Under the pieces are notes generated by a model. It had not been told where the DNA came from. It did not search any database and saw only the letters and a program-made list of their open reading frames with translations. Positions 8,539-18,781 of a stretch of DNA of 64,000 nucleotides are shown one piece after another. The position numbers and the translations under genes are program-made. The DNA is taken from NCBI GenBank assembly GCA_965228475.1, contig OZ245817.1, forward strand, positions 2,976,001-3,040,000, in the 5' to 3' direction. The first letter of the stretch is position 1. Every line of letters starts with the position of its first letter. The stretch comes from Myxococcota bacterium. Its GTDB lineage: Bacteria > Myxococcota_A > UBA9160 > JAFDDA01.

Positions 8539-9882
8539 CTAGCCCTCTTCGCGGTACGCCTTCAGGCGGTTGTAGAGGGTCTTCGGGCTGATGCCGAGGG
8601 CCGCCGCGGCGTGGGTCCGGTTGCCGCCGTGGCGCTCGAGCGTCGCGAGGATCAGGCGCCGCTCGGCGTCGTCGAGCGGCGTGCCGACGCGGATGCGCAG
8701 GTACGGATCCTCGCTGGCCTCGCCCGGGCCGGCGGCATCGGGATAGAAGACGTTCTCGTCGAGGTCGCCACCGGCCAGGATGAAGGCGCGCTGCAGCGCG
8801 TTCTTCAGCTCGCGGACGTTGCCCGGCCACGGCCGCTTGCGCAGCGCATCGAGGGCCGAACCGGTGAGCCGGCGGCTCGTGCCGTGTTCGCGGTTCAAGC
8901 GCTCGAGGAAGGCCTGGGCCAGCAGCTCGACGTCGCGCCCCCGCTGGCGCAGCGGCGGCAGCGCGACCGGGAAGACGCTGATGCGGTAGAGCAGATCCTC
9001 GCGCAGGCGGCCCTCGGCGACGCACGCCGCCGGGTCGCGGTTGGTCGCGCTCACGATGCGCACGTCCACGGGAATGGACGTGTCCGCGCCGAGACGCTGC
9101 ACGGTGCGGCTCTCGAGTACGCGCAGGAGGTTCACCTGCGCCTCGAGGGGCATCTCGGTGATCTCGTCGAGGAACAGCGTGCCGCCGGAGGCGCGCTCGA
9201 AGACGCCGGGGCGGGCCCGCTCGGCGCCGGTGAAGCTCCCCTTCTCGTGGCCGAACAGTTCGCTCTCGAGCAGGCTCGAAGCGATCGCGCCGCAGTTGAC
9301 CGCGACGAACGGGTGGTCCCGCCGCGCGCTCATGTCGTGCACGGCCTGGGCGACGAGTTCCTTGCCCGTGCCGCTCTCGCCCGTCACGAGCACCGGCGCA
9401 TCCGTCGGCGCCACGCGCGCCACGAGGTCGTAGACGTGCTGCATCGGTTCGGAGGAGCCGATCAGCGGGCCGAAGCGGCCGAGGGAGCGCAGCTCCGTGC
9501 GCAGGCTGCCGATCTCTCGCTTCAGGGCCCGGGTGCGCATCACGCTCGCGAGCGTCGCCTTCAGCCGGGCGCCGTCGAGGGGTTTCGTCAGGTAGTCGGT
9601 CACGCCGTGGCGGAGCGCTCCGACGGCGGTCTCCACCGTCGCGTGGCCCGTCACCACGACCACCTCGGCGTCCCAGGAGCGGTCGGCGTCGAGCAGGGCG
9701 AGGCCCGGGCCGTCGCCCAGCTCGAGATCGAGGAGCACGAGATCGGGTTCGTACTCCTGGAGTTCCTTGCGCGCCTCGGCCAGCGACCCGACCACGCGGC
9801 ACTCGCAGCCCTCGCGCTCGACCCAATCCGCCTGGCGGATCCGGAAGCGCTCGTCGTCGTCGACGATCAACACCCTAAGCAT
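8539..9882 (-). CDS. Sigma-54-dependent response regulator (NtrC family: REC-AAA+-Fis HTH)
   Basis: LIVDDD receiver, GESGTGKE, GSFTGA, WPGNVRELKN, C-terminal HTH. Confidence 0.95.
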   Translation of the reverse strand: MLRVLIVDDDERFRIRQADWVEREGCECRVVGSLAEARKELQEYEPDLVLLDLELGDGPGLALLDADRSWDAEVVVVTGHATVETAVGALRHGVTDYLTKPLDGARLKATLASVMRTRALKREIGSLRTELRSLGRFGPLIGSSEPMQHVYDLVARVAPTDAPVLVTGESGTGKELVAQAVHDMSARRDHPFVAVNCGAIASSLLESELFGHEKGSFTGAERARPGVFERASGGTLFLDEITEMPLEAQVNLLRVLESRTVQRLGADTSIPVDVRIVSATNRDPAACVAEGRLREDLLYRISVFPVALPPLRQRGRDVELLAQAFLERLNREHGTSRRLTGSALDALRKRPWPGNVRELKNALQRAFILAGGDLDENVFYPDAAGPGEASEDPYLRIRVGTPLDDAERRLILATLERHGGNRTHAAAALGISPKTLYNRLKAYREEG

Positions 9883-11368
9883 GGCGCTCACCCCCACTGC
9901 TGCCATTGCCCCCGACGCGCGGGAAGCGCATCACCACCGCCGCCCCGCCGCGCGGGGCATCTTCCACGGCCACGGAGCCGCCGCAAGACTCGACCACGGC
10001 ACGGACCACCGTGAGCCCGATTCCCGAGCCCTCCTCCTTCGTCGAGTAGTGCAGGCCGAAGACCGCCTCGCGCTCGTCCGCGGGGATGCCCGGCCCGGCG
10101 TCCTCGACGCGCAGCTCGGCCCGCTCCTCCTCGGCCGAGACGCCGATCCCGACGCTTCCGCCGCCCGGCTGCACCTCGAAGGCGTTCATCACGGCGTTCA
10201 GGAGCGCCTGCTTCACGCGGTTGCGGTGCGCGTGGATCTTCACGACCGCGCCCGGAAGCGAGGTCTCGAGCTTCACGCCCTGGCCGTGGGCCTTCGCCGT
10301 GAGCAGATCCTCCACCTCGATGACGAGGGCGCGCAGGTCGAACTCGCTCGTCTCCTCGCGCTCGTGGGTCGTCTCGGACATCACCGCCATGAGCGACTGG
10401 TCGAGCCTGCGGAGCTCGGTCGCGAGGGTCTCGACGTCGCGCGCGGAGCCCTCCCCTTCGCCGAGCTTCTCGCGCATGGAATCGACGTGGAGTGCCATGG
10501 CCTGGAGCGGCGTGCGCACCTCGTGGGCGAGCGCGCGGTAGATCGAGGTGAGCGTGCGAAGCCGTGTCGCGGAGGTGAGGTCCTCGAGGTTCGCCGGCGT
10601 CGCCACGCCCGACTCGCCCTCCTTGCGCATGCGGTCGAGCTCGCGGCCGAGGGTCCCGGCCATCTCGAGCGCTTCGGAGAATTCGTCCCGGTTGCGCGTG
10701 ATGGCGGGGTCCGGGGAGCGGCCCTGACGGATCGCTTCGAGGGTCTTCGTCAACGTGTGGCCGCGCTGGCGGAGTTCGCGATGCAGGGCGAAGCCGAGCA
10801 GCGCCACGAACAGGAGGCCGCCGATCGCGGCGACCATCAGCTCGCGGTAGGCGTCGCGGTAGAGCCCCTCGAGCCCGCTGTCCGCGAGGGTCAGGCGCAG
10901 GTAGCCCGCCAGGTGATCGTTGCGCACGAGGGGGACGAGCACGGTGTGGCTCGCGTCGGAGCCGGCGGCGGGCTCCTCCTCGTCGAAGTGCGTGTAACGG
11001 ATCTCGGGCTCCTCCCCGAACAGCTCGTCCGGGAGGCTCTCCGTGGTGCCCACGGGCACGTTGTCGCTCGCCACGACGGTGCCGAGCTCGTTCACCACGG
11101 TCACCGAGGCCAGCAGCGAGGACTCGGCGGTCAGGCCGTCGATCAGGCGCCGCAGGTGGGTCCGGGTCGGCAGGTCCTTGCGGATGATGCGGGCGAGGCT
11201 CGCCTCGGAGAGCGCCGCCGCGATCTCGTGGCCGACGAGGTTCGCCGCGCGCTGGGCGACCTCCTCCTCGCGGCGGCCGATGCGCTCGTGCACGAGCACG
11301 GCGAGGGCACAGACGGTGAGCAGGTAGCCCGTCCCCACCCAAAGCGTGGCTTTGGCGGCAATCCGCAC
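9875..11368 (-). CDS. Membrane sensor histidine kinase
   Basis: Two TM helices, H-box LAHEVRTPL, N box, DAGPGI and GSGIGL boxes. Confidence 0.93.
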   Translation of the reverse strand: MRIAAKATLWVGTGYLLTVCALAVLVHERIGRREEEVAQRAANLVGHEIAAALSEASLARIIRKDLPTRTHLRRLIDGLTAESSLLASVTVVNELGTVVASDNVPVGTTESLPDELFGEEPEIRYTHFDEEEPAAGSDASHTVLVPLVRNDHLAGYLRLTLADSGLEGLYRDAYRELMVAAIGGLLFVALLGFALHRELRQRGHTLTKTLEAIRQGRSPDPAITRNRDEFSEALEMAGTLGRELDRMRKEGESGVATPANLEDLTSATRLRTLTSIYRALAHEVRTPLQAMALHVDSMREKLGEGEGSARDVETLATELRRLDQSLMAVMSETTHEREETSEFDLRALVIEVEDLLTAKAHGQGVKLETSLPGAVVKIHAHRNRVKQALLNAVMNAFEVQPGGGSVGIGVSAEEERAELRVEDAGPGIPADEREAVFGLHYSTKEEGSGIGLTVVRAVVESCGGSVAVEDAPRGGAAVVMRFPRVGGNGSSGGERHA

Positions 11369-11538
11369 GCGATCCCTCCTGGCGCAAAGCGTAGCCCGCG
11401 CCCCGAAACGGTGCGAAAGCCGCCCAACGCCGCGTGGGCGCAGAGCGGACGAACGCCCCGCATGGGACGGTGGACGCTACGAACGGTTTGCCGGTTCTCG
11501 GGGGTGAGGAACGAGCGTTTTCGCCGACCGGGCGGCGA

Positions 11539-11901
11539 CTAGGGCGAGACTTCTGCCGGAGCGGTCTCGGCTTCGATCGGCTGCCCCGTCGGCCGCAGGG
11601 CGTCATAGTACGGCGCCAGGCGCGCGACCGCGAGGAAGAGGCCGGCCACGAGCAGGTCCGCGACGATCCAGATTTCCCGGGTGATCTGCACCTTCACGAT
11701 CGGGTTGAAGAAGACGCCGGCCGCGAGGAAGGAAACGGCCATCCAGGCGTGATTCTCGCGCAGGGAGACGTAGGCGCCGAACGCACACGTCGCGCAGATG
11801 TAGAAGCGCAGCATCGTGTAGTACTCGTCGAAGGGCCAAGGCGCGATGGCCAGGACCAACAGGCCGGCACCGACGTACAGCATCATCCGCAGCGAACTCA
11901 T
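11539..11901 (-). CDS. DUF6804-like small membrane protein
   Basis: P..YYT.LRF and FNPI...I.R..W...D pattern; several TM segments. Confidence 0.7.
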   Translation of the reverse strand: MSSLRMMLYVGAGLLVLAIAPWPFDEYYTMLRFYICATCAFGAYVSLRENHAWMAVSFLAAGVFFNPIVKVQITREIWIVADLLVAGLFLAVARLAPYYDALRPTGQPIEAETAPAEVSP

Positions 11902-12029
11902 CGGGTCTCCTCGGGCCGCGCGTTTCCCAGGGCGCGTACGCCACGGCTCATCGGGGAGTTTGTCCGCCCCGGCCCCGGGTGTCGGTGACCCTTGTCACAG
12001 GCAGGCTTCCCCGGGGGCATCGGTCGGGT

Positions 12030-13454
12030 TCAGGCCGTCTCGTCGTCCGGCGGGTCGAGCTCCGAGGTCACGAGACGCTTCTTCTGCCGCTCGGTCCGCG
12101 GGATCTCCTCGACGGTCTCGTGGCGGACGCGCACCTCGCCGGCAAGTTCCTCGTGGAGGAGCCGGCAGAAGTTCTCCACGTCCTCGGGGTGGTAGTGGTT
12201 GCCGGGCACCACGCGGACGATCACCTCGTCGATCGCGGTCTGCACGATCTGGAGGTCGGCGAAGCGGTCGCGGCCGTCGAGCAGCACGCGGTCCATGAGG
12301 AACTCGATCAGGATCGGCGAGTGCCGCGCGCCGGAGGGCGTCCGGATGAAGTCACCCTTCCGCCCGACGATCTGCTCGACCAGCGGATACTGCCGTCCGC
12401 AGTCGCAGCGGCCCGCGGCCGGCTCGGCCATGTCGCCCGTGCGGTAGCGCACGAGCGGCAGCGCACGGTTTCCGAAGTTCGTCGCCACCACCTCGCCGAC
12501 CTGGCCGGGCCGGGCGTGGGTTCCGTCGTCCTTCAGGAACTCGGTGAAGCCGTATTCCATCTGCACGTGGTACACGTTCGAGTGTTCGCAGTAGCCGAAC
12601 AGCGTGCACGACTCGATGTGGCCGTAGTGGATCCGCACGGTCGCCTGGAACACCTCTTCGAGCGACTTGCGCTGGAACTCGTACAGGGTCTCCGAACCGA
12701 GGATCACCAGGTCGAAGAGCTTCTCGTGGAAGCCCGCCTCCTTCAGGTGGCTCGCGAACAGGTACGCCAGCGACGGATACGCGATCAGGACGCGCGGGCG
12801 CTTCTCGAGCAGGACCTCGACGTAGCGATCCACGGTGGCGGGCGAGAGCCGGTGCGCCGAGAGCACCACCGCGTTCGACGGCTTGTCCATGTACCAGATG
12901 CCGTCGTTCAGGTCCGCCGGGCAGTCGCGATGCTGCAGGATCGCCGCCGTCATGTTGTGGCGATATCCGATGCGCTCCCAGAGATGCCACATGAACGCGC
13001 GCGAGCGGTTGCGATAGGACTCCTCGAAGGGAATCACGACGCCGGGCCCCGTCGTCCCGCCGGTGCAGAACTCGATCAGCGTCCGGCGGTCGACCTCGGG
13101 CGAGATCATGCGGTCGATGTGCTCGCGCAGGTCGTTCTTGTCGATGGTCGGGAAGCGGCGGATGTCGTCGAGGCTGCGAAGGCGGTCCGGCTTCACGCCG
13201 GCACGATCGTAGAGGTCCTTGTAGAAGGGACTCATGTGGTACGCGTGCTCGACGGTCTTCTTCAGCTCCTGGAACTGGTAGGCCTCGAGCTGCTCGTGGC
13301 TCCACCACTGGCTCTTCTCGAGCATGCGCCGGGTCTTGCGGTAGTCCGAGCCGTGGCGCACGGAGAGCGGGACGTGGCGCGCGACCGTTCCCACCAGACC
13401 GGTCATCAGGTGGGGGTAGCGGTTGAAGACTGCGCGTCCGATCCGGTAGAGCAT
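12030..13454 (-). CDS. Phenylacetate-CoA ligase / CapK-like adenylate-forming enzyme
   Basis: TGGTTG P-loop, YG..E, PLVRYRTGD and GRKGD motifs. Confidence 0.85.
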   Translation of the reverse strand: MLYRIGRAVFNRYPHLMTGLVGTVARHVPLSVRHGSDYRKTRRMLEKSQWWSHEQLEAYQFQELKKTVEHAYHMSPFYKDLYDRAGVKPDRLRSLDDIRRFPTIDKNDLREHIDRMISPEVDRRTLIEFCTGGTTGPGVVIPFEESYRNRSRAFMWHLWERIGYRHNMTAAILQHRDCPADLNDGIWYMDKPSNAVVLSAHRLSPATVDRYVEVLLEKRPRVLIAYPSLAYLFASHLKEAGFHEKLFDLVILGSETLYEFQRKSLEEVFQATVRIHYGHIESCTLFGYCEHSNVYHVQMEYGFTEFLKDDGTHARPGQVGEVVATNFGNRALPLVRYRTGDMAEPAAGRCDCGRQYPLVEQIVGRKGDFIRTPSGARHSPILIEFLMDRVLLDGRDRFADLQIVQTAIDEVIVRVVPGNHYHPEDVENFCRLLHEELAGEVRVRHETVEEIPRTERQKKRLVTSELDPPDDETA

Positions 13455-13473
13455 GGTTCGCGGCGCCCGCCGG

Positions 13474-14928
13474 CTAGCGAGCGCCCGCCTCCCCCGCCGC
13501 CCGGACCCCGGCCCGGATGGCGTCGAGGAGCCCGTCGAGCTCCGCTTCCCCCGTGAAGGGGTTCTGGAACGTACAGCGCAGCCAGTTCTTGCCTGCGAGG
13601 TCCACGGAGACGACGTAGTGGCTGCCGCCGTCGATGATGCCGCGCCGCACGCGCTCGTGGAGCCCGTCGCCGTGGGCGCCGCCGTCGCGCAGGTGCCGGA
13701 AGCAGACGATGTTGGCGTCCGGCTCCATGAAGAGCTCGAACTCCGGCGCCGCGTTGATCTTGTCCGCGAACAGGCGCGCGACGTCGAAGCAGCGCGTCAC
13801 GTAGTCCCGGAAGACGCCGACGCCGTGGACACGCAGGGCCGTGTAGAGCAGCACGGCGGCCCCTGGCCGGGTGCACTCGACGGTGCGGTTGCCCGGGTTG
13901 TACCACTCCTCGTCCGGGCGCTCCTCGAAGAGGTACGTCGCCTCCTGCCGGAAGGTCTCGTAGGAGCGCCGCCCGTCGCGGAAGAGCACCGCGGTCAGGA
14001 CCGCGGGCATCATCATCATCTTGTGGCAGTCCCAGACGATCGAGTCCGCGCGCTCGAGCCCGGCGGCGCGATCGCGATACTTCTTCGAGAGCACGACGCT
14101 CCCGCCGTGGGCCGCATCGACGTGGAACCACAGGCCGTGCTCGGCGCAGAAGTCGGCGATCGCCTCGAGGGGGTCGTAGCTGCCGGTCGCCGTCGTGCAG
14201 GCGCTTCCGACCACCGCGATCGTCCGCCGCCCGGCCGCGTGCGCCTGCTCGAGGACGCCCGGCAGCGCCGCGGCGTCGAGCCGGAGGTTCTCGTCGACGG
14301 GCACCTTGAAGACGCCCGCGTCGCCCCAGCCCATGATGCGCGCGGCGCGCGAGACGCAGTAGTGCGCCTGCTCGGAGACGAGCACGCACAGATCGTCGCC
14401 GGCGGTCTGCCCCCGGCTCCAGAGGTCGAACCCGGCGAGGCTCTGGCGCGCGGCGAGCAGCGCCGTCAGGTTCCCGAGCGAGCCGCCGTTGGTGATGATG
14501 CCCTCGCTCTCCTGGGGCAGGCCGATCTCGTCGCTCATCCAGCGCAGGACGCGGAACTCGATCGGAACGACCGCCGGGCCGGTCTCGTAGACCGACGGGT
14601 CGTTGTTCATCAGCGACGTCAGCATCCCGGCGAGCGCGGCGGAGGGCATCGGGAAGCCGTCCTGGTGCCCCATCGTTCCCGGATGATGCAGATGGAACCC
14701 GCGGCGCAGGAGATCCTCGGCGACCTCCTTCACGAGCGAGCCCGGCTCCTCCCCGAACATCGGCGTGGCGGCGAGCTGTTCGTCGGGCTCGACCCAGGGC
14801 AGCACGGAAGGCGTGCGCCCGGCGAGCGCGGTCTCGAGGTAGTCGGCGAGGCGATCCACGAGATCGTGGCCGCTCTCGCGAAACCGGGCGGTGTCGAAGG
14901 CGGCCTTGAGGCGGCCCAGCTCATCCAT
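13474..14928 (-). CDS. Group II PLP-dependent decarboxylase
   Basis: GGSLGNL, HVDAAHGG and DSIVWDCHK (PLP lysine). Confidence 0.9.
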   Translation of the reverse strand: MDELGRLKAAFDTARFRESGHDLVDRLADYLETALAGRTPSVLPWVEPDEQLAATPMFGEEPGSLVKEVAEDLLRRGFHLHHPGTMGHQDGFPMPSAALAGMLTSLMNNDPSVYETGPAVVPIEFRVLRWMSDEIGLPQESEGIITNGGSLGNLTALLAARQSLAGFDLWSRGQTAGDDLCVLVSEQAHYCVSRAARIMGWGDAGVFKVPVDENLRLDAAALPGVLEQAHAAGRRTIAVVGSACTTATGSYDPLEAIADFCAEHGLWFHVDAAHGGSVVLSKKYRDRAAGLERADSIVWDCHKMMMMPAVLTAVLFRDGRRSYETFRQEATYLFEERPDEEWYNPGNRTVECTRPGAAVLLYTALRVHGVGVFRDYVTRCFDVARLFADKINAAPEFELFMEPDANIVCFRHLRDGGAHGDGLHERVRRGIIDGGSHYVVSVDLAGKNWLRCTFQNPFTGEAELDGLLDAIRAGVRAAGEAGAR

Positions 14929-15056
14929 GTTCTCGATCACTCCCGCATCGGCGGCCGCCGCCCCGGACCGACATTCCCGTTCGAACGGCCCTTCAGTGTA
15001 CCGGATGCCCCCGGGGGCCGCCTCGCCCGAGCGCCATCCCCTGCCAGCTGGAGCGG

Positions 15057-15542
15057 CTAGAAGCGCAGCCGCGAGGCCTCCATCCGGACAAGATCGACCA
15101 CGCCGACGGCGTTCCAGCCCGCCACGTGCCCCGCGCACTCCCCCGGGTTGAAGACCAGACAGCCGGCTCGGCGCTCTTCTACGTACTCATGGTTGTGGCC
15201 ATGAAGTGCCAGTTGGTGATGGCCTCCGAGGGCCGCCTCGAGATCCTGCGGGTCGTGGACGACGACGATGTTCCGCCCGGCGAAGCAGAGTTCGAGGGGC
15301 GGCTCTGCCAGCGTCATGCCGACGCGTTGCGCAGCGGCTGCCAGCGGGTCGCGCTCGAGATCGTTGTTCCCGTAGACGCCGAAGACCGGCGCCTCGAGCC
15401 CTGCCAGCGCCTCGACCGTCTTGGCCTGGGTGATGTCGCCCGTGTGGACGACCCGCTCGACCCGCGCCTCGTTGAAGAGCTCGACGATCCGCCGCACGTT
15501 CGGCAGGTGGTTGTGCGTGTCGCTCACGACGCCGATGCGCAT
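15057..15542 (-). CDS. YfcE-family metallophosphoesterase
   Basis: SDTH, HTGD, GNND, GHNH and NPG motifs. Confidence 0.9.
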   Translation of the reverse strand: MRIGVVSDTHNHLPNVRRIVELFNEARVERVVHTGDITQAKTVEALAGLEAPVFGVYGNNDLERDPLAAAAQRVGMTLAEPPLELCFAGRNIVVVHDPQDLEAALGGHHQLALHGHNHEYVEERRAGCLVFNPGECAGHVAGWNAVGVVDLVRMEASRLRF

Positions 15543-15583
15543 CTCGATCTTTCTCTCTCGCTCACGACGCCGATGCGCATCTC
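15520..15583. repeat. 26-bp tandem duplication of the yfcE-like gene start (15520..15545 and 15558..15583)
   Basis: Identical TCGCTCACGACGCCGATGCGCATCTC copies, period 38. Confidence 0.9.
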
Positions 15584-16934
15584 ACTCCTCGCCCAGCCCG
15601 GTCGGTGACGCCGGAACCGCGAACTCGAGGGACGCGACGGCGGCCTCGAACCAGCCCTCGTAGCGCGGGAACTGCTCGCTCGCACAGTCGGCGATCACGA
15701 TGAGCACCCGCCCGTCGCCCACCTCGAGGAAGCTCAGCAGCTCCGTCGCTCCGGGCAGCCGGTTGCGGACGACCCAGCGCAGGCCCGGCCGCCCCGCGAC
15801 CTCGAAGCGATCCTGGTCCACGAGCACGCCGCCGCGCAGGTGCGCCGCCGCGTGGCGCTGGAGGTACGAGTCGATGCTCGGGTGCCGGCGGACGATCACC
15901 TGGAACGAGGCGTCGTAGTCCCAGGCCACGCCGTGCACCGCGATCACGCCGTGGGAGGTCTCGATCCGCGTCCAACCGCGCGGGAGGTGGATCTCGTACC
16001 CGAAGCGCGGGTCGACGTGGGGCGCGACGGAGAGCGCCGGGTGGTCGCCCGCCGGCCCCGCCGGTGCGGGCGACGCCTCGGCGCTGCCCACCTGCGCCAT
16101 GCGCATGTAGACCGTCCCGCTCTCCAGGCGGTAGAGCGAGACGAAGGAGTTGATGTCCTCGTTCGAGAGCACCTCGCCGACGGCCCCGTCCCGCGCCACC
16201 GGGTACATGAGGTCGCCGGGAATCGGGCTGTGGCGGCTCATCCCGAGCACGTGTCCGAGTTCGTGGAGCGCCAGCCGCTCGACCTGGCCCGGCTCGAGCA
16301 GGCCGTTCTCGTCGGCCACGAACACGCGGAAGGTCGCGACGTCGAACTCCGTGACCAGGCGCTCGGCGTCCGGGTCCCAGTTGCGGACGCGGCAGGCGCC
16401 GCCGAGCGGGGTCGCGCCGAGCACGCGTACGTCGGCCTCGGGGACCGGGCCGACCTCTCCGCGGAGCTCGACCCGGACGTCCGCTTCCTCCGGCGTATCC
16501 ACGTAGCGGAAGCGCACGAGCCCCTCGAGGTTGCGCTCCCAGGTCTCCACCGCGACGCGCACGGCCGTCACGTAGTGCTCCGGCGGCTTCGGATGGAATT
16601 CGTCCTGGAGCGCCTCGGGAATCACCGGCGCCGCGATGTAGACGCGGAGCGGGAAGCGCTCCTCGGCCCAGCGGCAGAAGACCATCGCGTCCCCGCCGGC
16701 GTCGTCGATGGGGAAACGATGGACCATGAACGGGAGGTAGTTCGGATCGAGGATCTCGGGGTAGGCCGCGCGGAAGGCCGCGTAGTCGCGCCGGTCGGGC
16801 TGGTAGTCACCCCAGGCGATCGACGCCGGGCTGCCCGTCGACAGCGAGGGCGTTGCGCAGCCGAGGGTCGCCGCGAGCCCGGCCCCCGCGGCGCACGAAA
16901 GCAGCGCCCGCACCGCCCGGCGGCCCCGGCTCAC
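15582..16934 (-). CDS. Lipoprotein with matrixin/metzincin-like metalloprotease domain
   Basis: Lipobox-like TLGC; HELGHVLGMSRH zinc motif with Met-turn LMYP; GTGA overlap with smpB. Confidence 0.8.
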   Translation of the reverse strand: MSRGRRAVRALLSCAAGAGLAATLGCATPSLSTGSPASIAWGDYQPDRRDYAAFRAAYPEILDPNYLPFMVHRFPIDDAGGDAMVFCRWAEERFPLRVYIAAPVIPEALQDEFHPKPPEHYVTAVRVAVETWERNLEGLVRFRYVDTPEEADVRVELRGEVGPVPEADVRVLGATPLGGACRVRNWDPDAERLVTEFDVATFRVFVADENGLLEPGQVERLALHELGHVLGMSRHSPIPGDLMYPVARDGAVGEVLSNEDINSFVSLYRLESGTVYMRMAQVGSAEASPAPAGPAGDHPALSVAPHVDPRFGYEIHLPRGWTRIETSHGVIAVHGVAWDYDASFQVIVRRHPSIDSYLQRHAAAHLRGGVLVDQDRFEVAGRPGLRWVVRNRLPGATELLSFLEVGDGRVLIVIADCASEQFPRYEGWFEAAVASLEFAVPASPTGLGEE

Positions 16935-17413
16935 CCCCGGCGGCCCCTTCGCATGGCGCGATCCACCTCGCGTTTCTCCTCGCGTTGGCGGATCGTCTGC
17001 CGCTTGTCGTAGCGGCGCTTGCCGCGGGCCAGGGCGAGCTCGCACTTGGCGCGGCCGTTCTTGAAGTAGAGCGAGACCGGGACGAGCGTCAGCCCCTTCT
17101 CGGCGATCTTGCCGTGCAGCTTCGCGATCTCGCGCTTGTGCAGGAGGAGCTTCCGCTCCCGGCGCGGCTCGACGTTGTCGCGGTGGGCCTGGGTGTAGGG
17201 GCTGATGTGGGCGCTCATCAGCCAGAGCTCCCCCTTGCGCACGACGGCGTAGGCATCGGAGAGGTTCGCTTTGCCTTCGCGCAGCGACTTCACCTCGGGC
17301 CCGACGAGCACGAGCCCCGCCTCGAAGTGATCGAGGAGCTCGTAGTCGAAGCGCGCGCGGCGGTTGGTCGCGATGAGCTTCTTCCCGCCGGTCTTTCCCG
17401 CATCGTCGGCCAT
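16931..17413 (-). CDS. smpB: SsrA-binding protein
   Basis: NRRARFDY, EAGLVL.G.EVKSLR, RKLLLH.REI and GKRRYDKR. Confidence 0.98.
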   Translation of the reverse strand: MADDAGKTGGKKLIATNRRARFDYELLDHFEAGLVLVGPEVKSLREGKANLSDAYAVVRKGELWLMSAHISPYTQAHRDNVEPRRERKLLLHKREIAKLHGKIAEKGLTLVPVSLYFKNGRAKCELALARGKRRYDKRQTIRQREEKREVDRAMRRGRRG

Positions 17414-17450
17414 GGCGGCCAAGGCTAGCGGACCCGCCCCGCGGGACCGC

Positions 17451-17816
17451 CTAGTAGGCCGAGATGTCTTCCTTGATCCGGTTCTGCGGGTCGCAGAAGA
17501 CGCGCTTGGCGTGGAAGCCCTTGGCCTCCTCGGGCGTCATCTGCGCCCAGCTCGCGATGATCACGAGGTCGCCGGGCTTGTTCAGATGCGCCGCGGCGCC
17601 GTTGATGCAGATCTCGCCGCTCCCCTCTTCCCCGAGGATCGCGTAGGTCTCGAGCCGCGCGCCGTTCGTGCAGTTCCAGATCGAGACCTTCTCGTAGGGC
17701 TGGATCTCGGAGGCGCGCAGAAGGATCGGATCGATGGCGACCGACCCCTCGTACTCGACGTTGGCTTCGGTCACCGTGGCACGGTGGATCTTCGACTTCA
17801 TGAAGGTCAGCAACAC
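17451..17816 (-). CDS. panD: Aspartate 1-decarboxylase
   Basis: [14 protein letters not shown] cleavage site, NGARLETY and NGAAAH. Confidence 0.97.
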   Translation of the reverse strand: MLLTFMKSKIHRATVTEANVEYEGSVAIDPILLRASEIQPYEKVSIWNCTNGARLETYAILGEEGSGEICINGAAAHLNKPGDLVIIASWAQMTPEEAKGFHAKRVFCDPQNRIKEDISAY

Positions 17817-18781
17817 GGGGGCGTCTCCGGAAGGTTCTCGGGGGTGGAACTTCTCTCGCCGCGGCCCTGCCCGGGGGCGAGCACGCGGTTGTCGATCAGG
17901 CGGACCGGGCCGTTCTCCGTCTCGAACTTCATGGCCAGGGCCAGGAGCGTCGGGCCGGAGAGGGGCTCGGTGACGGGCGCGAGGGTCTCGGGATCCCGCA
18001 GCTCGGCGTAGTCGATGCGGCCGCGCGTCGCCTTTTCGAGCTCGACGCGGACGAGGTGGAGCAGCGCGGCGGGTGCGGTCTCGCCCGAGCCGACGGCCGC
18101 CTCGGCGGCGGCAAGGCCGCGCGAGAGCACCCGGGCTTCCTTGCGGCACTCGGCGTCGAGCAGGCGGTTGCGGCTCGAGCGCGCGACGCCGTCGTCCTCC
18201 CGGGCGATCGGGGCGCCGAGGATCTCGACGTCGAAGCACAGGTCCCGCGCCATGCGCCGGATCACGGCGAGCTGCTGGAAGTCCTTCTCGCCGAAGACCG
18301 CGACGTGGGGTTTCGTGGCCAGGAAGAGCTTCGTCACGACGGTCGTCACGCCCTGGAAGTGCCCCGGGCGATCCTTTCCGCACAGCGGGAGCGAGAGGTC
18401 CGAGACGTCCACCCAGGTCTGGGCGCCCTCCGGGTACATCTCCGCCACCAGCGGGAGGAAGACGGCGTCGGCGCCCGCTTCGGTGCAGGCGGCGAGGTCC
18501 GCCTCGAGGGTCCGCGGGTAGCGCTCGAAGTCCTCCCCCGGACCGAACTGGGTCGGGTTCACGAAGATCGTGACCCACACCACGTCCGCGTGCCGGCGCG
18601 CTTCGCGCACGAGCGAGAGATGGCCTTCGTGCAGGCAGCCCATGGTCGGCACGACGGCCAGCCGCCGGCCCGCACCGCGCAGCGCGTCCGCATGGGACTG
18701 CGCCTCCGCCACGGACTCGATGCAGCGGATCGTCGCGTTCTCCGCGCGGACCGCCGCGAGGCTACTCGTAGGCATGCTCAT
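17807..18781 (-). CDS. panC: Pantoate--beta-alanine ligase
   Basis: VPTMG.LHEGH, FVNPTQF, RPGHF.GV, FGEKD.QQ and RLIDN; exact start uncertain. Confidence 0.97.
   Translation of the reverse strand: MSMPTSSLAAVRAENATIRCIESVAEAQSHADALRGAGRRLAVVPTMGCLHEGHLSLVREARRHADVVWVTIFVNPTQFGPGEDFERYPRTLEADLAACTEAGADAVFLPLVAEMYPEGAQTWVDVSDLSLPLCGKDRPGHFQGVTTVVTKLFLATKPHVAVFGEKDFQQLAVIRRMARDLCFDVEILGAPIAREDDGVARSSRNRLLDAECRKEARVLSRGLAAAEAAVGSGETAPAALLHLVRVELEKATRGRIDYAELRDPETLAPVTEPLSGPTLLALAMKFETENGPVRLIDNRVLAPGQGRGERSSTPENLPETPPCC

Noticed and set aside
11891..11904. AGCGAACTCATCGG shared with 63671..63684 (both genes begin MSSLR)
   Set aside because: A 14-bp match between unrelated genes with no extension is compatible with chance.
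16931..17450. tmRNA (ssrA) or an ssrA-integrated island next to smpB
   Set aside because: smpB is tightly flanked by panD and a coupled protease gene; there is no room and no tRNA-like ends were seen.
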